A stretch of DNA of 63,289 bases, filler included, from Olpidium bornovanus S191 (lineage: Eukaryota; Fungi; Olpidiomycota): NCBI GenBank assembly GCA_017911155.1. It is 26 parts of 26 records of this genome, joined end to end, with 100 filler letters (N's around TTAATTAATTAA, not from the genome) between each part and the next. Parts side by side here need not be neighbours in the genome. Positions count along the whole stretch, not along the records: positions 22,642 to 24,969 come from JAEFCI010004161.1; positions 25,070 to 29,190 come from JAEFCI010009407.1; positions 29,291 to 31,395 come from JAEFCI010000032.1; positions 31,496 to 35,943 come from JAEFCI010000680.1; 22 more parts are not named here. One strand, given 5' to 3'. Below are positions 23,465 through 35,087 of this stretch, piece after piece (position 1 is the first letter of the stretch; the number at the start of each line of letters is the position of its first letter). Below the pieces are notes generated by a model, which was not told where the DNA came from, did not search any database, and was given only the letters and a program-made list of their open reading frames with translations. Made by a program: the position numbers and the translations under genes.

Positions 23465-24969
23465 GTGGCGGTTGGGGAGGCGGGGGAGCGGGGTGGCTGG
23501 GGATGGATGGGCGGATCAGCGGGATTGACGATGATGATGAAACAAAAAACGAGGCCGGGCGCCTCCTTGTCTTTCCTTCTTCGGCCGGCAGTGCTGCAGC
23601 CCCTGTTGGCTCCCCTCTCCCCCAACACCGCCACTTCCGCGAAACGCGCCACGGCTTACCATGCTGCTCTCCTCAGGCAGCCGCCGCCTCGCCGTGACGG
23701 ACGGCGCAGGCGGTGCGTACCACGTCGGCCGTTATCCTTCCACGCGAACAAAATAGGGAGCGGCCGCCCGGGGGGGAAGAGGAGGATTGATGCGTCGTTG
23801 GCTTCGGAGGGGCCGCGAGCAAAAGGGACACTTCTGGCGTCTGGTTCCTCAAGTGGCGCTCTCTCTCTCTCTCTCTCTCTCTCGCTCTCATTCTCTCGCT
23901 CACTCTCTCTCTTCCTCTCTCTCGCTTTCCGTTTCCCTTTCCGCCTGAAGAGGCTGTCGGCAAAACCCCCCTCATCCGCCTGCGCGGACTCGATCGTGAG
24001 CTACCGGCCGTCGAAGTGCTCGCCAAGGCAGAGTACCTGAACCCGAGCGGGTCCGTCAAAGACCGCCTCGCGTTGCACATTCTGCGAGGTGCGCAAAAGC
24101 CGCGCCCCAGTTCGAAGTTCTTTTGGTTTCGGCGCTTTGCCCGCGGGAACAAATCCAGCCGCGAAGCTTGTCTGAGGGGAGTAGCTTTTGAATACGGCTT
24201 TCTTTGCTCACGTTTCTTCGCCCGTTATTCGCGGTGTCGGGTGGAACAGGCTTGGAGCAACAGGGGAAGCTTACGGAGAGTACCACGCTGGTGCTGCCCA
24301 CTACTGGAAATCTCGGTAAGCGGAGCGAGGGCGTCTGAACGAGAAGCCAACTCCCGAGCCCTTCCCCCAAACCCTCCCCACGTTTCTTTTGTTTGCTCTC
24401 TTCCGTTGACACCGCTGTTGTGAATGCGCCCAGGCGTCAGCGTGGCCTTACTGGCACAAAAATTCGGGTGCACGCTCGTCGCCTTGGTGCCGGAGAGAAC
24501 CAGCCAGGATCGCATTCGCCTATTGAGGTCGTTAGGCGCTGAGATTCTCCGAACCCCTAACGACGCTCACCCGCACGCCGCCGAATCGTATACCGGCCTC
24601 GCGCGGAAGATCGTCAACCGCGTACAGAATGGCGTCCTCATCGACGAGGTACGAAGCAGAAGTTGCTCGCTGTTCGCCCAGCGCGAAAAACCCGGCTGTG
24701 GAATTTAGCTGTGCGCGGGAGTGATACCGCGGCTGCGCTGCGCGCAGCACAGCGGCGCTCCCGGAAAACGCTTTTTTCTCACGCGATGGCTTCCGTTCGT
24801 TCCAATGGCGAAGTTTCATGATCCTACAACACCCGACGCATACAGGGCCATGGCAGATGAGATTTACGAACAATGCCAGGGCCGACTTGACGCCGTTTTT
24901 GTCGGCGTGGAGAGCGGCAGCGCCGCGGCCGGCCTGAACAAATATTTGAAATCGCGCATCGCGAACGTC
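23465..24969 (+). CDS. Divergent cystathionine beta-synthase / cysteine synthase-like PLP-fold type II protein, 3'-partial
   Basis: AVGKTPLIRL..VLAKAEYLNPSGSVKDRLALHIL; LVLPTTGNLGVSVALLA..LRSLGAEILRTP; ADEIYEQCQGRLDAVFVGV. GT-AG junctions keep frame. Start codon uncertain. Confidence 0.85.
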
Positions 24970-25135
24970 NNNNNNNNNNNNNNNNNNNNNNNNNNNNNNN
25001 NNNNNNNNNNNNNTTAATTAATTAANNNNNNNNNNNNNNNNNNNNNNNNNNNNNNNNNNNNNNNNNNNNGGTGCCACTCAACGGCAAGCCACCCCGCAAG
25101 CTCAGCAGTCGACTACTCAGCGCCAACAAACGCCC

Positions 25136-26743
25136 GTGCAGGTCGCGGGCTTGCACACTCCGACTTCCGTCCAGCAACTAGGCGGACATGCTTATACCCA
25201 GCTCCAAGCTCGGATGCTCGCCCAGGCGCAGATGTCAAACCAACTCGCATCGCAGCGGCTGATGCAGCGCAACATCCAAACAGTGAACGCCCAGACACAG
25301 GAGGCCGTCCTGCGGCAACGCGCCCAGATGATGGGGCAGCTTATTGCTGCACAGCAGGGATCTCCAGACGTTCGCCAGATGGCGGCCGAGTTGCAACCGA
25401 ACGGGTCCTTGCAGTCGTCGCCGCAGCTGCAGACGGCGCAGCGCCAGGTCATGCCGCCGGGGCAAGCGCCGATCCAACAGCATCGGCAGCTGACACCGCA
25501 GCAGCCGGCGCAATGGCAGCCGGCGCAAGCCGCGATGCAAGGGCGGATCCCACTTGCCACCCACCAGCTAAGCGGTCAACGTTTTGGCGAAGACCAAGCG
25601 TCGAGGATGGCGCAGCAGGCCCAAGCGGCGAGCCTTCTAGCCGCCCAGCAGCTCTTCGGAAACTTGCAGGGACTACCGCCGGAAGAAAGGCGCGCGCTCG
25701 TCGCTAATTTCCAAGCCCTGACCCCGCAACAGCAGCGGTTGCTCATACGGCGCAAAATGGGAACCATGGTCGGGGTCCAAGAGGGCCCCGGGCAAATGCA
25801 GAGCTCGCCACAGATGACACCGGCGCAGATGCAGCACTTGCTCGCGCAGCATCAGCAGCAGCTACAACAGCAACGTCAAGGGTTCCCTGGCGCCGCGATG
25901 ACGCTTGCGCACCAACAGGCTGGCCAGCTTGCCAGAACGCAGCAGCAGGAGTCCCAGGGCGTCGCCTCTTCGAAGCAACAGGTGCAGGCCCTGGTGGCGT
26001 CCTCCCAGGGAGCACAACACGGGATCGCAGACGTGCATTCACACCGCACCGCCGGGTCGGCATCTCCGCAGCTGGTCGGGCACCTTTCGCCGCGTCCGCC
26101 GGTCATGAACGTGGCTAACAGCGCCGCCCGGCCAGGAATGTTCTCTCAGCAGCAGGCGCTGCAGGGAGCAGGCGGCGGAGCGTCGGCGGCGGCGGCGGCG
26201 GCGGCGGCCAGCCAGATCCAGCAGCAATTCCTGCAGGCACAGGCCCGTGCCCTCGCGCAGCAAATGAGCGCCGCGGATTCCCGTCCGCAACAGCAGCAAA
26301 TGCATCTTCAGCAGCAGCCGCAGCAGCAGTCGCAGCAGCAGCCTCAGCAGCAGCCGCAGCAGCAGCAGAACCTTGGCGCCGCTCTACCTGGCATCCCTGT
26401 CCAGCCGGCCACTACTGGGGGAGTGGGAGGCGCTCTCGGGGGACAGCCGGTGTGGCACACTCAGATCAGCCCGGCGCAGATACAGGCGAAGTACGTGCAG
26501 TTACAAGAGGCAGTGCAGAGCGCGGCGACCCCGGAGGAGAGGCAGCGGTACCAGCTCCAGATTGTCCAGCTGCAGCATATCGTTCGCCGCAGTCACCAGC
26601 AGCAACAGGCCCAGCAGCATATGCTCGCACAGCAGCGCCAGCAGCAACAGGTTCAGCAGCAGCAGCGTCAGCAACAGCAACAGCAGCAGCAGCAGCAGCA
26701 ACAGTCGCCCCGAGGGCAACAAGAGCAACAGCAGCAGCAGTAA
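25136..26743 (+). CDS. Glutamine-rich low-complexity protein fragment (possible transcriptional regulator)
   Basis: 535-aa open frame with poly-Q tracts and short helical-looking islands. The apparent stop sits in cag|gtaact and may be a donor. No domain recognised. Confidence 0.65.
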   Translation: MQVAGLHTPTSVQQLGGHAYTQLQARMLAQAQMSNQLASQRLMQRNIQTVNAQTQEAVLRQRAQMMGQLIAAQQGSPDVRQMAAELQPNGSLQSSPQLQTAQRQVMPPGQAPIQQHRQLTPQQPAQWQPAQAAMQGRIPLATHQLSGQRFGEDQASRMAQQAQAASLLAAQQLFGNLQGLPPEERRALVANFQALTPQQQRLLIRRKMGTMVGVQEGPGQMQSSPQMTPAQMQHLLAQHQQQLQQQRQGFPGAAMTLAHQQAGQLARTQQQESQGVASSKQQVQALVASSQGAQHGIADVHSHRTAGSASPQLVGHLSPRPPVMNVANSAARPGMFSQQQALQGAGGGASAAAAAAAASQIQQQFLQAQARALAQQMSAADSRPQQQQMHLQQQPQQQSQQQPQQQPQQQQNLGAALPGIPVQPATTGGVGGALGGQPVWHTQISPAQIQAKYVQLQEAVQSAATPEERQRYQLQIVQLQHIVRRSHQQQQAQQHMLAQQRQQQQVQQQQRQQQQQQQQQQQQSPRGQQEQQQQQ

Positions 26744-28233
26744 CTGCAAACGCCGACTCTTAAGGGGGGGGGGGGGGGAAGACGACGTGGCAGGGCATGG
26801 CGGCATGACGTGACCAATCTACTGGTGTCGTAGGGCGCCTGGAAGACACTACGGGCCCGCGGACCCCGCTCCGACGGAGAAGGAAATGCGGCAAGACGAG
26901 CCGACACCTGACGCGTTGTGGACATGACATGGACTCCGCCGGTGTTTTTTTATCGCAGTGCACGCGGAGGGGTTGGTGCGACAACGAGCACAATCGCGGC
27001 AACCGGGCTGGCCCGGAAGACTAACTTACATCCCGTATTTGCCTTTCTCCTCTTCCCCCCCACACACACCTCTTTTTTTTAAACAATCCCTCCTTTGATC
27101 TCTCCGCCACGCCCGTCAAACGCCTTGTTTTTTTTTTTTTTTTTTTTTTTTTCTTTTTTTTCTTCCACCGCGGATTCTTGGAGTTGTTCTTGATGCTCTT
27201 AAGTTTGGCATCATCTGATCTGGCCGAGAAAACAAAAGAGCACCCTCTGCGCGACAAAAAAGAAAAAAAAAGAATAGAGTTCCTCCGTGAGGCGCGGGCG
27301 GCCGGGGGCTTACCTCGCGTGGGGAGTTTTTTTTTTTTTTTGTTTCTGCGCCCACCGGTCGCGCGTTCGCCGTGGCGACGGCGCACGAATTCCCAAAAAA
27401 AGAAAAATTTAGAAGGGGTATCTTTTTTGTGTTTGCGTGTGTGGGTGAGTGTGTGCGGGGAGGCCACCAGGGACTACCCGACACCGCATAGTCGCAGGAC
27501 CGCGGGGCGGTCCGGACTCGAGGGTTGTCAGGCGCACAGAAAGGCAGGATTCCAATTCGTTTTCGGTGAAACACAAACAAGGCATCCCTCTTTTCCCGAC
27601 AACCCCGGCGGCGGGCAGCGCGCAAACCGGGTGACGCGGCGGACGACACGGCTAAGCGAGAGACAGCACCGGCGGCGGAGGCGAAGCAATTTCGCGCTCA
27701 TTTGTTTTTGTTTCGTTTCAACACGTTTTCACCAATCTGTTGTCCCCGGCCGGAACCAGAAAAAAAAAAAAAAAAAAACCAAAAAATGCTTTTAATAATG
27801 AGCGGAAGACCGGGCAGCGCAAGCGTCACGGAGGCGGGGGGCCCTCAGATCTGCGAAAAACTCGGCAGGCGCGGAGGTCGGCGCGGCAACGCCCGTGCGG
27901 CGGGGGGCGAGGGGGGGGGGAGGGGAGGCCTCGGATCTGCGAGCGCAGCAGGGGGCGCGAAATCGATTGCCCCCCTCTCCAACCGTTTCCAAACTCTTTT
28001 TCCTCCCGGCCCCGACACAACCGAGCCCACCCTCCTATTGAGCAACGATAGAACCAGGGGAAGAGAGCAGGAGAACGAGAACCGTCTTTAGAGCGTTGCT
28101 TTGCTATGGTGCGCCAAGCTTAGACTCACCACTCGTTTCAAATTTTGGGAAAAATTGTCTATCAAAAATGATCTTTTTGGAAAATCAATTGATTAAAAAA
28201 TCAAAAACTCGCCACCTATGTGTGCCTGATGGG

Positions 28234-28241
28234 TATATAAA
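28234..28241 (+). promoter_or_regulatory. TATA box of the transposase gene
   Basis: TATATAAA about 100 nt upstream of an ATG (28339) in GCCACCATG context. Confidence 0.5.
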
Positions 28242-28338
28242 GGGTGAGCCCCCCCATCATCCCCCCAGACAAATTCCCCCCAAAGCCCACACCACTCACA
28301 GAGAACCAGACAGCACATAACAGCACACAACAGCCACC

Positions 28339-29190
28339 ATGCCCAGAGTAAAGAAGCATACAGCTGCCGGGCAACTCAATGCTGCCATGGCTCGACAGTC
28401 AAGGGCAGATCAGCATCCTGAAGCCAATGAACAGACTCAGGAGTACAACCATGCAGAGGAAACGGAAATTGGAGACAGCTACGGGGAGGATAGCGCCGTG
28501 GATCAGAAACTCCTTAATCAGTGGCTACAGGACGTCACCGAGCCACAGCTGAGCACAAAACTGAAAGCTGGCAAAGCTGGCAGTCACTTGCGAACGGTGT
28601 ACACGGGTATTTGGAATCAGACGTTCTGCTAGTATTTTTCTGAGAAGAAGTTGCTGACTTCCTTTCTTTGCACATATTGCAGGCACATCCCGCACATCTG
28701 TTTGGCACAAGCGGAAGGCGGAAGGAGAGATGGCGCAGCATGCCAAATCTTACCAGCTGATTGATCAAATATTCCAACGTGCCACGGCAGCAGGCAAAAC
28801 TGTGCAGGTGGTTGAGGAGGATGCGGTGGCGCAGGATGAGATGGAGAAATTTGCCGCCGCTGAACAAAAACTTTGAGATGGACTTGCGCGGATCAAAAAC
28901 CAGAAATCTGAGCTGGCCCGTGTATCCGGCTACCAGCTGCGCCGGTTGATGGTGCTGCAGCGTTACATGACGCTCATTTTGGAAGGCGCAAAGAAAATGG
29001 AGGCCTTAAAGCGAGCAGCTGTGGCGCAATGGGTCACATGCACCGACCATGCCTGTCGGTGCATTCGTGCATGGGCAAAGGCGTACATCAAGCTCGTCTA
29101 TCTGCCTGAGCACGCTCAAGGAAAGCACGCCAAACGGGAGTTTGGACTGCAAGAAAGACGAGCACGAGGGAAGCTGCTGCGCGTCAAACC
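28339..29190 (+). pseudogene. Intron-containing DNA-transposon (DDE-type, probably IS630-Tc1-mariner-related) transposase N-terminus with premature stop
   Basis: Intron 28607-28682 (GT..gctgac..CAG) joins TVYTG|TSRTSVWHKRK. In-frame TGA at 28874-28876. Then RCIRAWAKAYIKLVYLPEHAQGKHAK, matching the IR.WAK.Y...G.LP...QGKH motif I recall from fungal transposase-like proteins. The catalytic domain lies beyond the contig, so superfamily is inferred. Confidence 0.6.
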
Positions 29191-29290
29191 NNNNNNNNNN
29201 NNNNNNNNNNNNNNNNNNNNNNNNNNNNNNNNNNTTAATTAATTAANNNNNNNNNNNNNNNNNNNNNNNNNNNNNNNNNNNNNNNNNNNN

Positions 29291-31118
29291 CATGAAAAAT
29301 CGAGAGGTCGAGCGGAACAGCGGAATTTTGCGCGCACCCGGAAGTCAACGTTGTTAGAGATCAGCAGCTGCATAGTCTTTCGGTCCGGCCCTGTTAAGCC
29401 GGCTTCGCTGCCAACTAGAAAAAAAACCTCGCGCAGACTGGGCCATCACATAACGCCAGGAGTTCTCACCGGTGTCAGCGTACCACGCGCCTTTCCAATG
29501 CACCAGCTCCCCCAACCAAATTAGAATACTTACCTTTTGTTCTCCTTGATATACTCGAGGGCAACGTCTCCCCATTCGGTGTGGTCCCTCTGTCCGTACC
29601 CCGGGATGTCTACAAGGTACAGGAGCCGGTCCAGGGCGAGAAACTCAATGTTTTGCCGCTGTGTGGGACGGAAATAGTTAACGGAGCTGCTAACCGCCAC
29701 ACTAAGCTACGCCAAAACGGCCTGATAAAAATAAAACCAAATGCGTAGCCGCACATCCTGCCCGTAAAGCTTATTGAGTTTCTGACGGCCGACGAGCGAA
29801 TTCACCAACGTCGTTTTCTGCCATTTTAAAAACCCGGTAGAAGCAACCGTAGCGGGAATTTAGCTCGCCCGCGTCCCAGGAAAACGTCTCCCTGAAATTG
29901 AGGCACCAGTTATTTTCTACCCACCCCGACGTTCCGCACGCCTATGAACGCTACAGAGGGCATGTCTTGAAGGCCTTTTCCCCGATACATGCTGAAAACG
30001 CGGTCGCAGGGCGCTTTAAACATTTCGTCTACATGTATCAATGCCGCCATAGTAACCGGCGGCAGCAGAGGCAGTTTCAACCTCCCGGGGAGGTGCTGTA
30101 CTTTGTGGCCCTCGGACGCACTGGACTTGGCAAGCTTCCGCTCTCTTAACCTCGCCGCCGACTCTTCGTCGCGCCTGCGATCCTCCTCTTCTAGTGCCTT
30201 CCTCTATTGGCCAGCCGTACGACAGTGGAGGACAAAGTTAGGGTCCGTGGCGTATCCATGTCCCTCCGAGCGAAGCCCGCATTACAGCTTGGTAAATTTT
30301 GAACGTACGTCCAGCACCACCCCTTGCTTTTCCGCGTTGGCTATTCTAAAACGGATGTTGTTTCTGCGGTTGTTTGCCGCCTGGAACGCCAAGCCGTCTG
30401 TGATGACAGAGTACCGTCCGCTGGCGATAAGGTTTGCCGTGTGCCGATCTTTCTGCGCGTGGTACGAGGCTCTGTTTTCGAGCAGCTCAACGCGCCTCTC
30501 AAATTTCTCCGCCCTTGTCCGCAGCGTGCAATTCTCAGGATCGTGCGCCAGCTGCCGTCGGACGTCGTCGAGGGTCATTTGGGCGAGATTTGCCCGGATC
30601 TTGAGCAGGTCCGAGTATTTCTCAGGGCGTTGGAAGCGCGGTAGGGCCACCGGCCGCTCGTTATGCGTCAAACTCCTGGCGCGCCGTGGTGGCGTCGGGT
30701 CCGCATGGACGGCACCTCCGCCTTGGCGCGGCGCGCTCGGTTGCTTCAAATCCCAGCCGTCGGACAAACGCTGCGAACCCACGTCGCTCGAATCCACTTC
30801 GGTGACGTCGCAGTCACTTTTTCCCGGCTCCGGCCCAGCTTTCTGTGCAACCCTGCCCAGCCTGCTGGGCTCCCTGGCGACCAACCGCGCAAGGCCGACG
30901 GCGAACTCCCCGCCGCCCGCGCTGCCCGCGGCGGGGGCTGGCCGGCTCAAACATTCTCCGGCGCCCGCATCGGCCGGTGCCCGGCGAACTGAGCGAGTCC
31001 TCGGAAACGCCGGCGGCGCCGCGCAACGGAAACCGCGCTTCGGCGAGCTCGAGAGGCAGCGCACGACAGCGTGCGCCGGGTTTGGGTTCCCGCAACGCAT
31101 TCCACGCGCGGGGACCAC
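29291..31118 (-). CDS. EngB/YihA(YsxC)-type GTPase (GTPBP8/Mrx8-like), long N-terminal extension, partial
   Basis: G1 split by an intron: VAFIGVRNVG|KTTLVNSLVGR; then QRQNIEFLALDRLLYLVDIPGYG (G3) and GLTGPDRKTMQLL. N-terminus AHAVVRCLSSSPKRGFR looks like a mitochondrial presequence (inference). Confidence 0.85.
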
Positions 31119-31737
31119 GACAAACGGAAGAGCCTTTCTTTTTTTTTTGTTGTTTCCTTACCCCGCGTCCTCTCCGCGTTTCGGGTCCGCGCTCTCACAC
31201 CGGAAGGCTTTGCCCCGTGCCTCCCCCCAGTGCGGCCAGCTTCTGCACGCGATGCAGGTCGGGCGTGGACCGACTGTTGCGAAATCGCCGACACGCCGTC
31301 TGTTGGCGGCGCCGCGCAGTTTGCGTTTTGGTTGGGCGGAGAAGGACGATTTTGGGTTTTCCCTGGTTTCTTCCCTGGTTCGAGCAAAAGGGGGGNNNNN
31401 NNNNNNNNNNNNNNNNNNNNNNNNNNNNNNNNNNNNNNNTTAATTAATTAANNNNNNNNNNNNNNNNNNNNNNNNNNNNNNNNNNNNNNNNNNNNCATGC
31501 CCCGGAAATTGCAGCGAGCACCCCTGCGTTCGCAGCAATGGACGGCGGCGCCCCGGACGGCGGACCACGGGTAGACGCGATATTCCGCCTTCTTCCCTCC
31601 CCCGCGTCCAAAAGTGGAGCAAGAGGGGAAGAGGGGAAAACCGCGTCTACCCTTTTCCGGGCTCCCACACGATCGTACGTGGACGGAGCGAGTTTATTGC
31701 AAAACTCGAAATTGCCATAATTACGTCTACAGGACTT

Positions 31738-32762
31738 TTAATCTTCGTCTTCGTTATCCTGCTCGTTGGCAATGTTGTAGTACCGCAGTTGGTAGCTGCC
31801 TTTTTCGTTCGCAATGACGCGGAGCCAATCCCGGAGTTGATGTTTTTTCAAAAACTGCAAGAAAAGAGCAATGTGAGGAGGGGGCGACAATTGCGCGGAC
31901 GCAAGCGGTGAAAACGCCGTTCAATCCCGCAAACGGCCAAAAAAAGGCGAGGTGGCCGGCCGTAGCGTCTCATGTGCGCAGGACACGTTTTCTACCTTTT
32001 TAGTGAGATATTTGAGGTACCGTTTGGCCATCGGCGCATTAGCGCTCACGCTAATCTTCCCGTCAGCATTGCGCGCGATCGACACGGAATCGCCGAGGTT
32101 GCCTGCACGCCCATTGACCTTAATTTTGTCGTGGAGGAACTTCTCCTGCAAAGGGCAACAAAAAAGAAACGGTTAGCTGGACGCCGAGTCGAGGCGGACC
32201 CGGGAAAAAAAAATACAAAATAAACAACTCCGGGGCCCTCGCTTCCCCCACCCCCTCCCTTCGCCCCGACAGCTTACGAATGCGGCGGCATCGAAAATCT
32301 TGTCTTTAGTAGGAATAGATGCGTCCACGAGAAACTTCTGGGCTTTCCGAGCGTTCTTCACGATTTTACCCCGGCGCTGGGAGGAGAGGCGCACAAAAGA
32401 GAAGGCGTTGCAGGTTAGAAAAAGCACGGGTGCGGCCGTGGGGAGGGGGGGAAGGAGGGGGGGGGGACGAGGAGGGAGGGGGTTCAGGCTTATTCTCGCA
32501 GGGCCCGCGAGAAGCGCCGCAGGAAACGGGCACGAGAGGGAGCGCGCGGGCGAGGTGGGAGTCGCGCGTGACGCACAACCCCCTCCCCTCTCCAATTTCC
32601 CGCCCAGGGCGTGCGTCCACGACACAAGCGGCGGCGGGCTTCGGAAACGCCGGTCACCCGCGGTCGCCTAGAACTTTGCGCGCCGGAGAGGGGCGGGTGG
32701 GTGCGACGGAAACGGGGTGGGAAGCCGAGAGCGAGCGCGGCCTGACTTACGACGACGGCCAT
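31738..32762 (-). CDS. RPL22: 60S ribosomal protein L22 (eL22), 4 exons, complete
   Basis: MAVV|[33 protein letters not shown]|[31 protein letters not shown]|[38 protein letters not shown]. Confidence 0.97.
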
Positions 32763-32817
32763 TGCTGCAGCGAGGGGGGGGGGGGGGGGGGGGTTTGGGG
32801 GGGGGGGGGGGGTTTTT

Positions 32818-32848
<31 letters not shown>

Positions 32849-35051
32849 CCGGCTGGGCAAGTGCCTGATCCCCCCCTCTTTGCCCATCCCCTCTGTTTTA
32901 TTTTTCCAAGGACCCCCGACGTTGAGCAGCAGACGTCGCGCTCCATCGGGGGTATGTACGTTCCGTATACCTTACTTGTACATAAAAGTGGTGGAACTAG
33001 CTTGCTGCGCATGGGCACGAATAACCCCCTGGTGTCTGCAGACTTAAACCACGGGCGAACGCCGTAGAAGGACGCTCGCAAGACACTCGACGACCCAGGT
33101 ATCATGATGTGGGGAACGCAGACCTGGAGCAGACTGCAGCAAACTGGCGTCCCCGCTGTCAAACATTCAAACCCTGAGCCGGCTCCAGGGCACGTCTGGT
33201 GCGCTAAGTGACGCTGGGAACTGGTAAGGTTCGCGGTCACGCGACCAAGCCACGTCTGCCAGCTTGCACGTTTAGCCGGCACACACCTCGGGATGGGGGT
33301 GGGCACCAAGCTGGTTTCTCCATCTATATGTACTCGTAGAATAATAGACCGCCGTCATAGAGGCAAACCCGACTCTGAATGGGCAGTCGAAGTTGGACGG
33401 GCCGCCGGGGCCATAATTGTACTCCCCCCTTGCATTAATCGACACTCAATCGCTCTACGATCTCCGCTTTTTTTTTCCTTTCGTTGCGTCTCTCTTTTTC
33501 CTTTCGTCTAACTCTAAAGCATACGGCGGTGTCAAAAACGTGGGAGGCAGGGATTTCCGTGAGTGGTGGGGAGGGGGGGGTCTGCTCTATTTCTATTCTA
33601 ATTTCGTCTGCCCCTCCCCCCCCACCACCACCACGAGCCTGCGCAAAACGCGATGTTTTCCTGCCGAATGACACGAAAATGCGCTCGTAGGACCCGAAAA
33701 ACAGTGTAATTTTCTTGTGTCTCGATTTGATGATTTTTCACGCTCAGCTTCCCCCTCCCCCCTCTCCCCCCCACAAGGGTATTTTCCAGAGAGCAAGAGC
33801 TCGTAGGAGCGCTCTTTTCATCAACCACACCCAAAAACGCGTGCGGTAGCGGCGTTGATCCGGCCAGACCATTTTCGCCCGTTTCGAGAGTTTTTTCTCG
33901 GGAGAAATACCCCGTGGCGGCCAACGTGGCCTGGATCGAACGAAGCCCATCCGGTTTGTCGACAAATTTAAAGCTTATGGAAAAACTTTTTTGGCAGTGT
34001 CTCAGACACAACGCCGGTAACTTTCCACAAAATGTTTCGCCGGATAGGAAAGGCACCACCACCGCCAAAAGCGAATCCCGCCCATCTCGCAAACCCCGTG
34101 AATCCCGCGCTCCAAGCTTCAATCAAAAAACCGTTCGGTCCGGAGGTCCTGTAGATATTGCACGTGTCCCAGTTTGAGGTCTGAGTAACATACCCAGCCT
34201 TCTGACTGTGACCACTTTGTGCCCTCTGCCGTCTTACGTTGTAACCCTCTGTGATAACGCTGAGGGTGATAAACTGTCGAGTTAATCTGTTCCTTAAGCT
34301 CGAAAGACAGAGATGAGAGGTAGAGAGAGGAGGGCAACGGTGCGGGCACGGGGCGCAAACGAACAGACGGGAGAGCGTGTGCAGCCAAATTGTCCCGTGG
34401 GAATCTGCTTCCAATCGAAATCCGTGAATTCCTCAAAAGTCGAATTGATGATTCACGTGACCGCACGCGCGGGAGGGGTGGCTACGGGGTGGGCAGTCCG
34501 TCGGGAACGCCCGGGGAAAATGCGTGGGCGCGGTTGGTTTCGCGGAATCCCCACCACCTCCGCCCAGAGCCTTGGCCGTCGATCTCGGTAACATCCATTA
34601 GCAATTATACATGAGCTGGGTTTGGTAAAGCATTTATTAGTCGAGTAATTAGATGCAGCCCGCGTGCGAGCTTTTTTTTTTTTTTCCCCCGCCGATTTCC
34701 ACGATGCCCTGTCCGAGTTTACGCCGCTTCCCTCCTCCCACATTCCCGTTCTGGTTTCCTAGCGCGACCTGCCCGCGGCTCATATTTTTCGCCCCGCCGA
34801 GTCTGCCGGCTTTCTCTCCCTGAGCGCGAAAACCGTTTCCCAACCGCTTAACCGCACGGGCGGAGTTGCGAAGAGGAGGAGAGGCCCCGGGGGGAGAGGA
34901 AAGCGGGGAGCCGTGGCGGGTTGGCGGATTTTCGGGGGGGGGGGTGTTTTTTTTTGTGCAATCCCCGGCTGGACGGCCGGGCAGATAAAAATTACGGGGG
35001 GGGGGGGGGGGGGGGGGGGAGAGCCGGGGGGGGGGGGGGGGGGGGGGGGGG

Positions 35052-35087
<36 letters not shown>

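Noticed and set aside
27174-27225. Small minus-strand exon SDDAKLKSIKNNSKNPR as RPL38-like
   Set aside because: Similarity too short and no flanking RPL38 exons found.
33104-33177. Possible C/D snoRNA (ATGATGT..CTGA)
   Set aside because: Imperfect box C, no terminal stem and no recognisable rRNA guide; would need an Rfam/snoscan hit.
34240-34300. STVYHPQ resembling the retroviral integrase STAYHPQ motif
   Set aside because: No flanking integrase motifs in any frame.
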